DNA of 29,462 nt from a virus (taxonomy: Duplodnaviria; Caudoviricetes): positions 1-29,462 of the IMG/VR virus record IMGVR_UViG_3300014656_004474. One strand, 5' to 3'. Shown here one piece after another: positions 15,794 to 25,173 of this stretch. Below the pieces are notes generated by a model that was given only the letters and a program-made list of their open reading frames with translations, was not told the origin of the DNA and ran no database searches. How positions within the stretch are numbered: the stretch's first letter is position 1; every line of letters begins with the position of its first letter. The position numbers were made by a program, and so were the translations under genes.

Positions 15794-16199
15794 GGGCGAA
15801 GAAATCTCGTTTGGTTTGAACATGGAGCTTTTGTATCTTGATCTCAAAGGTCAGGAAAAAAAAGCTGAGATCATCTTCCGTTTCAAATCCAAGCCATTTT
15901 ACGATGTGTATTTCAAGCCTTACAAAAAGAATCCAACAACTGAAAATCTCATCGAACAATTCAAAGATACATGGGTTATTTGTGGATCGGGCAATATGCC
16001 TGAGTCTCCAAAAGCATTTGCAGTGTTCAAAGTCAGCGAATTGCCAACGGGCTGTTTTGTTCCTTGTCATGAACACGGGAAGATCATAAAATTCAAAATT
16101 GCTTTTGCGAAATGGGTGCAGTGGAACTCAACAGGTCAAATAATCAATCTGTTTGGTGGCAACATCATTGATGACCTGTTTGGTCAGATAAGGATGTGA
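15621..16199 (+). CDS. hypothetical protein, possible PD-(D/E)xK fold
   Basis: 192-aa ORF with GAGG RBS; SVDL...YLDLKG is a weak motif only. Confidence 0.55.
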   Translation: MTAMGRFETDFLQAKRNAEKMSKMLLKKYQWMKSYRFLGDVAFKPNRTKESVDLAQSRGEEISFGLNMELLYLDLKGQEKKAEIIFRFKSKPFYDVYFKPYKKNPTTENLIEQFKDTWVICGSGNMPESPKAFAVFKVSELPTGCFVPCHEHGKIIKFKIAFAKWVQWNSTGQIINLFGGNIIDDLFGQIRM

Positions 16200-16200
16200 C

Positions 16201-16419
16201 ATGATCGAACTAACTAATAAACAAGAAAAGGAACTTCGTCTCATAGCTAAGGCAGGTTTAAATTTAATGGAAATAGCAAAAAGCACACCTGATCTCAAAG
16301 TAGATGTGTTAATTGCCCTTAATGAGATTCATCATCTTGAAAAGAGATGGTTTGTATTACAAGGGATTGATCGCACTGAATTTAACAATCAGATAAGGAG
16401 GGAAAATGAACCTAAATAG
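16201..16419 (+). CDS. hypothetical protein
   Basis: AAGGA RBS, coupled. Confidence 0.6.
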   Translation: MIELTNKQEKELRLIAKAGLNLMEIAKSTPDLKVDVLIALNEIHHLEKRWFVLQGIDRTEFNNQIRRENEPK

Positions 16420-17455
16420 AGTACAGTTATTAGAGGCGTTACAACTTGCCCGCCCAGGACTTTCAAAAAAGGAATTTTTGGAGGAGGCAGTCCGATTCAT
16501 CTTTAATCCTCATGAGATAGCTACCTTCAATGACCAAATTTGTATCCTCATTCCCTTCGAAACGGGATTGAAGTTCTCTGCAAATGGAGATGAACTTTAC
16601 AAAATCCTCGATGGCATCAAAGAAGATGAAGTTGAAATCACCGTCGAAGATGAACAGGTTCTGATCAACAGCAAAAAAACGAAGGCAGGACTTTCAACAA
16701 TCGTGGGTGAGAAGGAGCGTGTTGATACATTGATTTCAAGAATCCGCGATGTGATGAATGTGAAGGGATTCTGGCGTCGATTGCCAAAGAACTTCATCGA
16801 AGGTGTTTCTCTGTGTATGTTCTCAGCATCAAGAGATATGACAACAGGTGCGTATTGCTGCGTCGCTGCAAAAGACGACAAGATTTACTCGACGGACAAA
16901 CTTCGCATAAGCCGCTTTGTGATGGATGGTGAAGTGAAGGAACTTTTGATTCCTGCTCGTGACGCAATCGAGCTTGTGAAATACCCCGTCATAAAATATG
17001 GAAAGTCAGGAGAATGGATTCACTTCATGACAAGTGATGGGGTGATGTTCAATTGTCGAACGATGATTGGTGAATACCCATACAATCTCGATAGATTCTT
17101 CATTCCTGTCAAGGGCAGCTTCACAATTCCCGTAGAACTTCAAGATGCAATGAAGAATGTTGCGATCATGGCTGCGGGCGATGTTGACATTGCAAAGATG
17201 GTCGAAATGAGAATAGAGCCTGGCAAAATCACTTGCAAGAGTGAGAAAGAGAGGGGATGGCTGATCAAAGAGGTTGACTTTGATGGTTACGATGGTGACC
17301 CGATCATCTTTCATATCAACCCTGTTTTCTTCGCTCAGATTCTTACCAAGACAACTTCAATTTGGCTGAGACAAGGGGAGCAGGAGCCACCTGACAAAGG
17401 CGTTTTCATTCGTGACAATTTTACCCACATCATTGCTTTGGGAAAGGAAGACTAA
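16406..17455 (+). CDS. DNA sliding clamp (DnaN/beta-like)
   Basis: 349 aa; STDKLRI, GEYP, INPVFFAQIL correspond to beta-clamp ATDxxRL, GxYP, FNxxYL; clamp loader nearby. Confidence 0.75.
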   Translation: MNLNRVQLLEALQLARPGLSKKEFLEEAVRFIFNPHEIATFNDQICILIPFETGLKFSANGDELYKILDGIKEDEVEITVEDEQVLINSKKTKAGLSTIVGEKERVDTLISRIRDVMNVKGFWRRLPKNFIEGVSLCMFSASRDMTTGAYCCVAAKDDKIYSTDKLRISRFVMDGEVKELLIPARDAIELVKYPVIKYGKSGEWIHFMTSDGVMFNCRTMIGEYPYNLDRFFIPVKGSFTIPVELQDAMKNVAIMAAGDVDIAKMVEMRIEPGKITCKSEKERGWLIKEVDFDGYDGDPIIFHINPVFFAQILTKTTSIWLRQGEQEPPDKGVFIRDNFTHIIALGKED

Positions 17456-17460
17456 AGAAG

Positions 17461-17622
17461 ATGGAACTAACAATTTATCAAAGAATTATTTTATTGACTT
17501 TATCAAGAATAGTTTGGCTTTTATATAAATCTGAAACCACCTTAGGGAACTATCTCTATGGAATAGCAATAGATGGTAAAATAGAAGATTCGTTTGATAA
17601 TGTCATTGGTAAGATCGGTTAA
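17461..17622 (+). CDS. small hypothetical protein (53 aa, not in ORF track)
   Basis: MELTIYQRIILL...GKIG fills the gap. Confidence 0.45.
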   Translation: MELTIYQRIILLTLSRIVWLLYKSETTLGNYLYGIAIDGKIEDSFDNVIGKIG

Positions 17623-17633
17623 AGGAGGTTGCC

Positions 17634-18062
17634 GTGCATCAGACCTTCGTTAATGTGAACGACAAGTCATTTGGTTTTGTAAATCCTAAGGAAGCATTTA
17701 CATATCTTATGAGCCTTGCTATTCGCCGCTCAGAGTGCATGGATTTGAGTGCTATAAAAGAGAATCTCTGCACAGCATGTGATCTTGTGTCTGAGATGTC
17801 AACGATCAAAGCAGACGAGTTGGATATGTTAAAAGAGCCTGGTAAACTGAGTTTCAAAAGACTTTCAACGCGAATGACAGACGCAAAAAGTTTCATCGCC
17901 AATATTTATGACAAAAAGAGATTGTTGCTCATATGGGGTGACTTGATGATGTCAGTCGATGAAAAGCCTCTTCTCAGGGGATTTGGGTTTGGTTCAAAGA
18001 AGCATGTTGGCAATGAACTTGGCGATGCTGAAAAACTCAGTGTAATGAGGTCTCACAAGTGA
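17634..18062 (+). CDS. hypothetical protein
   Basis: AAGGAGGT RBS, GTG start. Confidence 0.7.
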   Translation: MHQTFVNVNDKSFGFVNPKEAFTYLMSLAIRRSECMDLSAIKENLCTACDLVSEMSTIKADELDMLKEPGKLSFKRLSTRMTDAKSFIANIYDKKRLLLIWGDLMMSVDEKPLLRGFGFGSKKHVGNELGDAEKLSVMRSHK

Positions 18063-18075
18063 AAGGAAGAGGAAA

Positions 18076-18231
18076 GTGATTAAAGACAGAGCACCTTTTA
18101 AAGAATGGCTAATAAAAAACGGAACTAAATTTAAAGATTTAAATATACTTATTCAAGGAGAAGAAATGGAAGAAGCAATTTTGGAAGCTATGAGTGCTTT
18201 GGATAGAGCAGAACATCCTATAGAGCATTAG
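18076..18231 (+). CDS. small hypothetical protein (51 aa, not in ORF track)
   Basis: GTG start with purine-rich RBS; ends 2 nt before polA. Confidence 0.45.
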   Translation: MIKDRAPFKEWLIKNGTKFKDLNILIQGEEMEEAILEAMSALDRAEHPIEH

Positions 18232-18233
18232 TA

Positions 18234-20843
18234 ATGAAAAAACTTACAGTAAAGCCATTCTTCACTTCAGACGAAGAGCCTACTTCTATGAGAGTTAGTG
18301 GGTCGCAGGATAGCGACTGCTTGAAGTGTGGGCTATTCAGACTCGTAAAGAGTCCAAAGATGAAGCCTACAGGACAAGGCGAGCTTAAAATTTTTCTTTT
18401 AGGAGAAGCGCCTGGGAGAGTCGAGGACGAAAAAAACACGCAGTTTGTAGGCGATGTGGGTGATTTTCTTCGAGATAAACTTACCGAGAGAGGACTTGAT
18501 CTTGATCGTGATTTCTATAAAGACAATTCTTTGCGGTGTCGTCCATTTATTGTGAAAAAAGGAAGAGAATCAAATCGTCCCCCAAAAAGAAATGAGCTGA
18601 AGTTTTGTCGTCAGCATCACCTTGACTACATAAGAGAAATGAAGCCCGACTTCATCTGGTTGATGGGAAAAGCTGCAATTGAATCATATTACATGGACCG
18701 TTTCTCTGATGAAGAAGGAACCGATCTGACCCCTTCACGATGGCGTGCTCTTTGCATCCCTGATCCTTATTCAAAAGCATGGGTGATTCCTTTGTTTCAC
18801 CCAAGTTATGCCATGCGAAATGAACATGACAATTTAACAATCTCCCAATATGAAAGAGACCTCGACTTTGCAATTTCATGTTTGAAAAAAGATCCACCCG
18901 TCTTCTTCAATCCTTATGACAAGATTGAAATTATCAAGGACTTTAATGAGATTGTCCAATTTCTAAAAGATATTATTGCAAATCCCCCTGAGTTTTTTAC
19001 ATTTGATTATGAAACAACAGGACTAAAACCATTTAACAAAGGACATAGGATAGCGTCTATATCATATTGTGATTCTGACAATGTTGCCTACTCATTTCCA
19101 ACAGAACATCCTTGTTTTACTCTTGAACAACAAAGACAGATCATGGAACTCTGGGCACAAGTGCTACAACTTGATTGTGGTAAAACTGCTCATTCCTTAA
19201 AGTTTGAAGATGTTTGGTCGCAATGTAGGGCAAAAACAAAAGTGAGAAATTGGACATGGTGCTCAATGAACGCTGCCCACATTCTCGACAATAGAAAGTC
19301 ATTCTCAGGCTTGAAGTTTCAAGCATTCATACGATGGGGCATTGACGATTATGATAAGAAAGTAAGACCTTTCCTTCGCTCAAAAAAAGGTTCTGATTTC
19401 AATAAAATCTTTGATGCCCCGCTCGATGACCTCTTGCTCTATGGTGGCATTGACTCATTGCTTGAGCGCAAGTTGTACCTTGAACAAAAAGAAGAAATGA
19501 CTCCGAAGCTGAGAGAAGTAAATGATTTTTTCCTCGATGGTCTTATTGCTTTTGCTGACATTCAAATGAATGGCATTTGCGCTGATAGAAAATTTTATGA
19601 AGGTGTGGATAAAGAGATTGAAGATACAATGGTCAATATTATAAAAGACCTTCTATCTTCCGATGAAGCTTTGTTGTTTAGGCAACAAATGGGACATGAA
19701 TTATCATTGACTTCAGACTACGATTTGCGTGATTTGTTCTTCAAAGTCCTCAAGCTCCCCCCCGGAAAAGAAACTGATGGTGGAAAGTTTTCTGTCGATG
19801 CGAGTGTGCTGAAAGGATTGAAATCCCCATTTGCAAAGAAGTTGATGAATTTCAGTAGACTTGACAAGGTGAAAGGCACTTACATTGGTCAGTTTCTACG
19901 TGAAATTGATGATGATGACAAACTCAGACCTTTCTTCGATCTTCACAAGGCAATTTCATACAGGAGCAGCAGTTCCCGTCCCAATTGGCAAAACATTCCT
20001 GTGAGAAACAAAGAAGCAAAAAGATTGACGAGATCAGGCATTCACCCTTCCCCTGGCAATATCATTCTCGACTTCGACTTTTCAGGAGCTGAAGTTAGAA
20101 TAGCTGCAATCGTATCAAAGGATCCTGTTCTCAGGGCCTATATAAATGACCCAACATCTGATATGCATCGTGATCTTTGCATGGAATTGCTCAGGCTCAA
20201 AGAAAAACAGGTCACAAAGGACCTGCGATTCCACGCGAAAAACAGTTTTACATTTGCTCAGTTTTATGGGTCATATCATGTGAGTTGTGCGGAGGGTCTT
20301 TGGGAAATATTTAATTCGGATGATGATCTGAAGACGACGAATGATGTCCACATACTCGATCATTTATCTAATGTAGGCATCACAAGCTATGAAGAGTTTG
20401 AGGAGCATGTAAGACAGATTGAAACGAGGTTTTGGAAGAAGTATCATGTATTCAAAAGATGGCAAGAGAAGACGTGGGCTTTTTATGAAAAGCATGGCTA
20501 TATTGAACTTTTGAGTGGATTCAGATGTTCGGGCTACATGACGAGAAATCAGATTCTCAATCTGCCTATTCAAGGCCCTGCTTTTCACTGTTTGCTTTAT
20601 TCTCTGATCAACATTCACAATGAGCTTTTAGACAGACGTTTATACACAAAAATCATGGGTCAGATTCACGATAACTTAATTTTCGACTGCAAGCCTTCTG
20701 AGAAAAAAGAAATCATGGAATTGTCAAATTATATTGTATCAACACAGATCAGAAAGGATTGGAAGTGGGTAACCGTTCCTCTCGAAATTGAATTTAGTGA
20801 ATCTAAAGTAGATGGCAACTGGTGTGAGATGGAGGACTTATGA
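18234..20843 (+). CDS. polA: family A DNA polymerase with N-terminal family-4 uracil-DNA glycosylase and 3'-5' exonuclease domains
   Basis: UDG: CLKC, GEAPG, FVG, CRP, HPSY. Exo: FDYETTG. Pol: PNWQNIP, DFSGAEVR, RFHAKNSFTFAQFYG, QIHD. Confidence 0.93.
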   Translation: MKKLTVKPFFTSDEEPTSMRVSGSQDSDCLKCGLFRLVKSPKMKPTGQGELKIFLLGEAPGRVEDEKNTQFVGDVGDFLRDKLTERGLDLDRDFYKDNSLRCRPFIVKKGRESNRPPKRNELKFCRQHHLDYIREMKPDFIWLMGKAAIESYYMDRFSDEEGTDLTPSRWRALCIPDPYSKAWVIPLFHPSYAMRNEHDNLTISQYERDLDFAISCLKKDPPVFFNPYDKIEIIKDFNEIVQFLKDIIANPPEFFTFDYETTGLKPFNKGHRIASISYCDSDNVAYSFPTEHPCFTLEQQRQIMELWAQVLQLDCGKTAHSLKFEDVWSQCRAKTKVRNWTWCSMNAAHILDNRKSFSGLKFQAFIRWGIDDYDKKVRPFLRSKKGSDFNKIFDAPLDDLLLYGGIDSLLERKLYLEQKEEMTPKLREVNDFFLDGLIAFADIQMNGICADRKFYEGVDKEIEDTMVNIIKDLLSSDEALLFRQQMGHELSLTSDYDLRDLFFKVLKLPPGKETDGGKFSVDASVLKGLKSPFAKKLMNFSRLDKVKGTYIGQFLREIDDDDKLRPFFDLHKAISYRSSSSRPNWQNIPVRNKEAKRLTRSGIHPSPGNIILDFDFSGAEVRIAAIVSKDPVLRAYINDPTSDMHRDLCMELLRLKEKQVTKDLRFHAKNSFTFAQFYGSYHVSCAEGLWEIFNSDDDLKTTNDVHILDHLSNVGITSYEEFEEHVRQIETRFWKKYHVFKRWQEKTWAFYEKHGYIELLSGFRCSGYMTRNQILNLPIQGPAFHCLLYSLINIHNELLDRRLYTKIMGQIHDNLIFDCKPSEKKEIMELSNYIVSTQIRKDWKWVTVPLEIEFSESKVDGNWCEMEDL

Positions 20844-21133
20844 TCATCGCAAAGAAATATGAAGTGCCTGACTCATGCCCTGGCAAATGCCCAGGACAAA
20901 AAGAATTGTTTCATCAAGGCGGATTGTGCCATTATTGCCCTATTTTTCAGTGCGGAAAAATAGAAGCTCCACCTGAGTATGCAGACAAAGAGGGTTTCTT
21001 TTGTCTCTGTGAAGCTGATGATTACAGACTTGATTGGGCAAAAACATGGTCAGAATGGTTCAAAGGTGATATGAAAGAATACCCTGTTCTTCCTTTACAT
21101 ATAAGCACATATAAGAAAGGAGCGAAAAAGTAA
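20840..21133 (+). CDS. Cys-rich hypothetical protein; stop codon supplied by IS end
   Basis: ATGA overlap, GGAGG RBS; TAA 21131-21133 lies inside the IS right end. Confidence 0.65.
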   Translation: MIIAKKYEVPDSCPGKCPGQKELFHQGGLCHYCPIFQCGKIEAPPEYADKEGFFCLCEADDYRLDWAKTWSEWFKGDMKEYPVLPLHISTYKKGAKK

Positions 21134-21144
21134 ACTACTGTCAG

Positions 21145-22251
21145 CTAAAGACAGACAGCTTTAAGGGGAATATGAGAACACAAGTCCAGCATACTCACAT
21201 CTTTTCGGCCTGGTTTACAAAGCAGGCCCAACTGTGCAATATTCTTTGCCGCATTTGTATCGGCGTCAGCAACATTACCACAATTTGGACAACTAAAGTG
21301 CTTGCCATTTCTATTACCAAGATGCCTACACACATTACAAATCTTGCTCGTATAGCGAGGATTAACCACTTTAAGAGGAACGCCAGCAAGTTTAGCCTTG
21401 TATTCAAGAAAAGAACGAAGTTGAAAGAAAGCCCAAGAGTGGTGTTTTCTTCTTTGGGCTTTTCTTACAGTGGTCCTTTCCCTGATATGGGTCAAATCTT
21501 CGATAGCAATTCCCTTATTGAGAATCCTTGCTTTTTCAACGATTGTTTTGCTGATAGTGTGATTGGTAATAGTAGCGTGTCGTTGTTCTCTGCCTTTAAG
21601 CCGTTTCAGAAGTTTTTCGCTTCCGGGCGTGCCTTTGCTTTGAACACTGTGACGCACTTTAAAATATTTATCTCGAACCTTATTGAGACTTTCAGAACCA
21701 AAATTTGTACCATCGGACAATGTAGCAACATCAGTAATTCCAAAGTCCACACCTATGAACTCTTCAACATCTTTCATCGCTTCTTCAGGAATTTCAACAG
21801 TCTGGAAAAGAAAAAACTTGCCTTTCTTAGTTACAAGGTCTGCTTCTCCTTTAATGTACGGCAAGTATTTGGGATTATGGCAAACAAAGGGTATTTTCAA
21901 CCTACCATCAATAGACCAGATAGAAACGGCGTTGTCTTTTTTGTAAGAAAGAATGCGGGCATCATAAGTAATAGCTCCGAGAGGCTTAAAGGACCGCTTC
22001 GTTTTTTTATCTTTTTTGTAAGCATTGGCAACTTTACTGATACACCTTACAAGAGCTTGGGCAGAAAGCTTAGAAGAGTCCTTAATTTGACGGTAGGTAA
22101 GATGGTGGAGTTTAAATTGGTTAAAAACCTTATTAACCCAAGCAACTTCGGAAATCTCATTACAGGTGCGATTACATTCTTTAATGGTCTCAACAAGAGA
22201 ACGTGCTTGTTCGTCAGAAGGCAGAAGTTTTATTTGCAATGTTAATTTCAT
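21145..22251 (-). CDS. tnpB: RNA-guided endonuclease TnpB
   Basis: GVDFG, IAIEDL, CNVC...CPNCG, ADTNAAKNI; catalytic triad intact. Confidence 0.95.
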   Translation of the reverse strand: MKLTLQIKLLPSDEQARSLVETIKECNRTCNEISEVAWVNKVFNQFKLHHLTYRQIKDSSKLSAQALVRCISKVANAYKKDKKTKRSFKPLGAITYDARILSYKKDNAVSIWSIDGRLKIPFVCHNPKYLPYIKGEADLVTKKGKFFLFQTVEIPEEAMKDVEEFIGVDFGITDVATLSDGTNFGSESLNKVRDKYFKVRHSVQSKGTPGSEKLLKRLKGREQRHATITNHTISKTIVEKARILNKGIAIEDLTHIRERTTVRKAQRRKHHSWAFFQLRSFLEYKAKLAGVPLKVVNPRYTSKICNVCRHLGNRNGKHFSCPNCGNVADADTNAAKNIAQLGLLCKPGRKDVSMLDLCSHIPLKAVCL

Positions 22252-22257
22252 AGTGCT

Positions 22258-22285
22258 ATTATAGTCATATATTTGAAAATGTCAA
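22258..22285 (-). promoter_or_regulatory. sigma70 promoter for tnpB2, leaderless
   Basis: Minus strand TTGACA-N16-TATAAT, then 6 nt, then ATG. Confidence 0.75.
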
Positions 22286-22355
22286 GAACTATTTTAAAGA
22301 AGGAAGAGGCAATTCCTCTGCCAGCTAAAGCAAGCGGTCTCCTTGCCCCAAACTT

Positions 22356-22559
22356 ATGAAAGTCACCAGTTCAAATATCGCAGATATATTGTATAATGAA
22401 GATACAAATGAGTTAGCAGTTGAATTTTTAAATGGGAGCATTTATGTTTATCAAGATGTTCCTGAGCACATTTTCACTGAGTTTCTTGAGGCTGAATCAC
22501 ATGGCAAATACTTCTATGCAAATGTAAGAGATAGATTCATATTCAGAAAGGAAAGATAA
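22356..22559 (+). CDS. KTSC-domain protein
   Basis: VTSSNI..I.Y......L.VEF.NG..Y.Y..VP......F..A.S.GKYF...VR. Confidence 0.9.
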   Translation: MKVTSSNIADILYNEDTNELAVEFLNGSIYVYQDVPEHIFTEFLEAESHGKYFYANVRDRFIFRKER

Positions 22560-22560
22560 C

Positions 22561-23478
22561 ATGCCCCTCCATCTGCAATACAGACCTAAAAATTTATCAG
22601 AACTGATTGGCAACGAGTCAATTAAAATCAGCCTTCAATCAATCTTTGATCGTGAAGACAAGCCCCATGCTTTTCTATTTTCAGGTCCTCCGGGAAGTGG
22701 CAAAACGACTTTGGGTAGAATTATCGCAAACATGCTCAATTGTTCTCCAGAAGATTTGCATGAGTATAACAGTGCCAATACTCGTGGTATCGACACAATC
22801 AGAGATATTTCCGAAGGCGTTCATTATGCTGCACTTGTTGGGAAAGTACGTGTCTACATCTGTGACGAAGTACACCAATGGACTTCCCAAGCGATGAATG
22901 CCTCCTTGAAATTATTGGAAGATACTCCAAAGCACGTCTACTTCATCCTCTGCACGACCGAGCCTGAGAAACTTCTGAAGACGATTCGGACTCGTTGTAC
23001 TACATTTCAAACCTCATTGCTCACGGAAGCTCAGATGAAAAAACTGATTGCATGGGTTCTCAAGGAAGAGAAAATCAAAGACTATCCTGAATCCATCATC
23101 AAAGAAATCATCCGAGTCAGTGAAGGGTGCCCTCGTCAAGCCCTTGTAATTCTCGATTCCATCATTGATATTGAAGATGAAAAGAAAGCCCTCGAAGCTG
23201 TTTCAGTTGTGACAATCGGCGAAGCGGAAGTAATTAACATCTGTCGATCACTCCTTGCTCATGAACGGTGGGGGGAGATGAAAGGAAAAGTGAAGGAAGT
23301 TCTTGCAAACACTGAGCCTGAAAAACTTCGCTATGCGATATTGGGATATATGGGAACGGTGTTGCTTAATAAGGATAAAGACGAGAGGCTGTCGGAACTG
23401 ATAGACATCTTTTCTGAGCCAACCTATTCAACAGGACGTGCGGGAATTGTGAATATGTTATATCTCGCCTGTCAGTAA
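22561..23478 (+). CDS. clamp loader AAA+ ATPase (DnaX gamma/tau-like)
   Basis: YRPK, GPPGSGKTT, DEVH, LKLLED, TIRTRC, GCPR. Confidence 0.9.
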   Translation: MPLHLQYRPKNLSELIGNESIKISLQSIFDREDKPHAFLFSGPPGSGKTTLGRIIANMLNCSPEDLHEYNSANTRGIDTIRDISEGVHYAALVGKVRVYICDEVHQWTSQAMNASLKLLEDTPKHVYFILCTTEPEKLLKTIRTRCTTFQTSLLTEAQMKKLIAWVLKEEKIKDYPESIIKEIIRVSEGCPRQALVILDSIIDIEDEKKALEAVSVVTIGEAEVINICRSLLAHERWGEMKGKVKEVLANTEPEKLRYAILGYMGTVLLNKDKDERLSELIDIFSEPTYSTGRAGIVNMLYLACQ

Positions 23479-23498
23479 TTTTAAAAAGAGTGTATAAT
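23479..23498 (+). promoter_or_regulatory. putative phage promoter motif, copy 2
   Basis: TTTTAAAAAGAGTGTATAAT; 18/20 identical to 8938-8957. Confidence 0.65.
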
Positions 23499-23519
23499 GA
23501 GAGAAAGAAAGGATAAAGT

Positions 23520-24032
23520 ATGGCTTTCAAAGATGACATCAAATTGGACCTCAATCATCTCGACAAAAACGCTATTGACCAGCCGGAGCTCTATGAGGAG
23601 TGGTCGAGGAAGTGGGCAGATGCAGTGCAGGAACGCGATCAGTTAAAGGAACATCTTTCTGTAATGAAAGCAGAAGTTGACGAAAAGATTCGTGCAAGCC
23701 CAAAAGAATATGGCTGGTTTAATGAAAACAAGTCGCCAACAGAAGCATGGGTATCTAATCAGATCATTCTCAGTGATGAGGTACGAAGTGCCACAGAAGA
23801 ATTCCTCAAAGCTCAGAACGATGTGAATATCATGGCAATTTCAAAAGAGACTCTTGAGCATCGCAAATTCGCTCTTGGTGTTTTGACAGACCTTTATAAG
23901 GGGAACTATTTCGCGGCCCGGTCAAGATCCGACCCAAATTATAAAGAGAAAATTTCTGAAGAAGGAAGGAGAGCGCAAGAAGAGCATTTAGAGGAAAGTC
24001 CAAGGGCAAGAAAGAGGAGAGGTCATGAATAA
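23520..24032 (+). CDS. helical protein, possibly UvsY-like recombination mediator
   Basis: Coiled-coil character and position before SSB and RecA; function is inferred. Confidence 0.5.
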   Translation: MAFKDDIKLDLNHLDKNAIDQPELYEEWSRKWADAVQERDQLKEHLSVMKAEVDEKIRASPKEYGWFNENKSPTEAWVSNQIILSDEVRSATEEFLKAQNDVNIMAISKETLEHRKFALGVLTDLYKGNYFAARSRSDPNYKEKISEEGRRAQEEHLEESPRARKRRGHE

Positions 24033-24195
24033 CACCATTTTGACTATAATCTTCGTTATTTTGACCCCTTTTTTAGTTTATGTGTTGTTTCGCATAGGTT
24101 CATCTGCGATCTTCAGATCGTGGTTTGAATCAAAACGTGAATTTGAAAAAAAAGGAGGAGAAAATGGACGCAAAGACAAGACGCAAGTTGGCTAA
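24025..24195 (+). CDS. small membrane protein (56 aa, not in ORF track)
   Basis: MNNTILTIIFVILTPFLVYVLFRIG hydrophobic helix; GAGGAGAGG RBS. Confidence 0.55.
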   Translation: MNNTILTIIFVILTPFLVYVLFRIGSSAIFRSWFESKREFEKKGGENGRKDKTQVG

Positions 24196-25171
24196 GGAAG
24201 AAATGCGGAAACGGCAAGATGAATCATATAAGAAGAAAGATGATTCAGGAAGATTCAAAACAATTTTTAACGACAAGTTCCCTGCTGACAAAAAGTTCAA
24301 ATGTGGGGAAGGGGAACATTCCCTTGATTTCATTCCTTTTGTCGCAGGATCAAACAACCCCAATGTGAAGGAAGGAAAGCTGACCTATATTCTCGATGTT
24401 TGGGTTCACAACAAGGTGGGTATCAATGAGGACAGTTATATCTGTATGAACAAGACATTCGCAAAGCCTTGTTCCATTTGTAATTACCAAGCGGAACTTA
24501 TCAAGCGTGAGGAGGATGATGATATTGTCAAAGCTCTCAACCCCACACGCAGAGGCATCTACAACATCTGGTGCCATGACAACCCAAAAGAAGAAGCAAA
24601 AGGCGTTCAAATTTGGGACGTGTCACATTGGCTTTTTGAATCAAATGTCATCGAACAGGCGAAACTGAAGAAAGGTGGAGGATACATCTATTACACCGAC
24701 ATCGACGATGGAAAGGTTGTATCTTTCAGACGGACAGGGTCGGGCGCGACAAATACAAAATTCGTCGCCATTACATTTGAAGATCGTGAAGAAACCCTAC
24801 CTGACGAGATTGTGATGGGCGTTTACAATCTTGATGAATTGCTTCACATTCCCACGTTTGAAGAAGTCGAGACTGCTTTCTTTGGCAAAGCGAAGGGTGA
24901 GAAGGAGAAAAAATCAGAAAGGAAAGAAGAACCAATTCCTCCGGAACAAACATCTGAAGAAGGAGATGTTCCCGAAGAACTTGGAGAGCCCGTCTGCCCA
25001 TCTGATTATGTGTTTGGCGTTGATTTCGGCGATTATGACGAATGCGACGATTGTGAGGTGAGGAAGGATTGTAGGGCAAAGAAACGGGAGTTGAAGGAGC
25101 CTAAAAAGGAGGAAGAACTCAGAAAAGAGGAGGAAAAGAGAGATCCGGAACCTCGTAGGAGAAGGAGATAA
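24164..25171 (+). CDS. gp32-like single-stranded DNA-binding protein
   Basis: WVH...YIC......PCSIC Zn site, YNI, GVQIW, acidic tail; AGGAGG RBS before ATG 24164. Confidence 0.7.
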   Translation: MDAKTRRKLAKEEMRKRQDESYKKKDDSGRFKTIFNDKFPADKKFKCGEGEHSLDFIPFVAGSNNPNVKEGKLTYILDVWVHNKVGINEDSYICMNKTFAKPCSICNYQAELIKREEDDDIVKALNPTRRGIYNIWCHDNPKEEAKGVQIWDVSHWLFESNVIEQAKLKKGGGYIYYTDIDDGKVVSFRRTGSGATNTKFVAITFEDREETLPDEIVMGVYNLDELLHIPTFEEVETAFFGKAKGEKEKKSERKEEPIPPEQTSEEGDVPEELGEPVCPSDYVFGVDFGDYDECDDCEVRKDCRAKKRELKEPKKEEELRKEEEKRDPEPRRRRR

Positions 25172-25173
25172 TC

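Larger units (their letters stand above)
21130..22355 (-). mobile_element. IS200/IS605-family solo TnpB element 2
   Basis: Right end (minus) AAAG-ctgtctgtc-TTTAG-ctgacag-tagtTTAC at 21130. Left-end hairpin 22308-22347. Target TCAT at 22359-22356 fits left-end guide GAGA. Confidence 0.88.
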
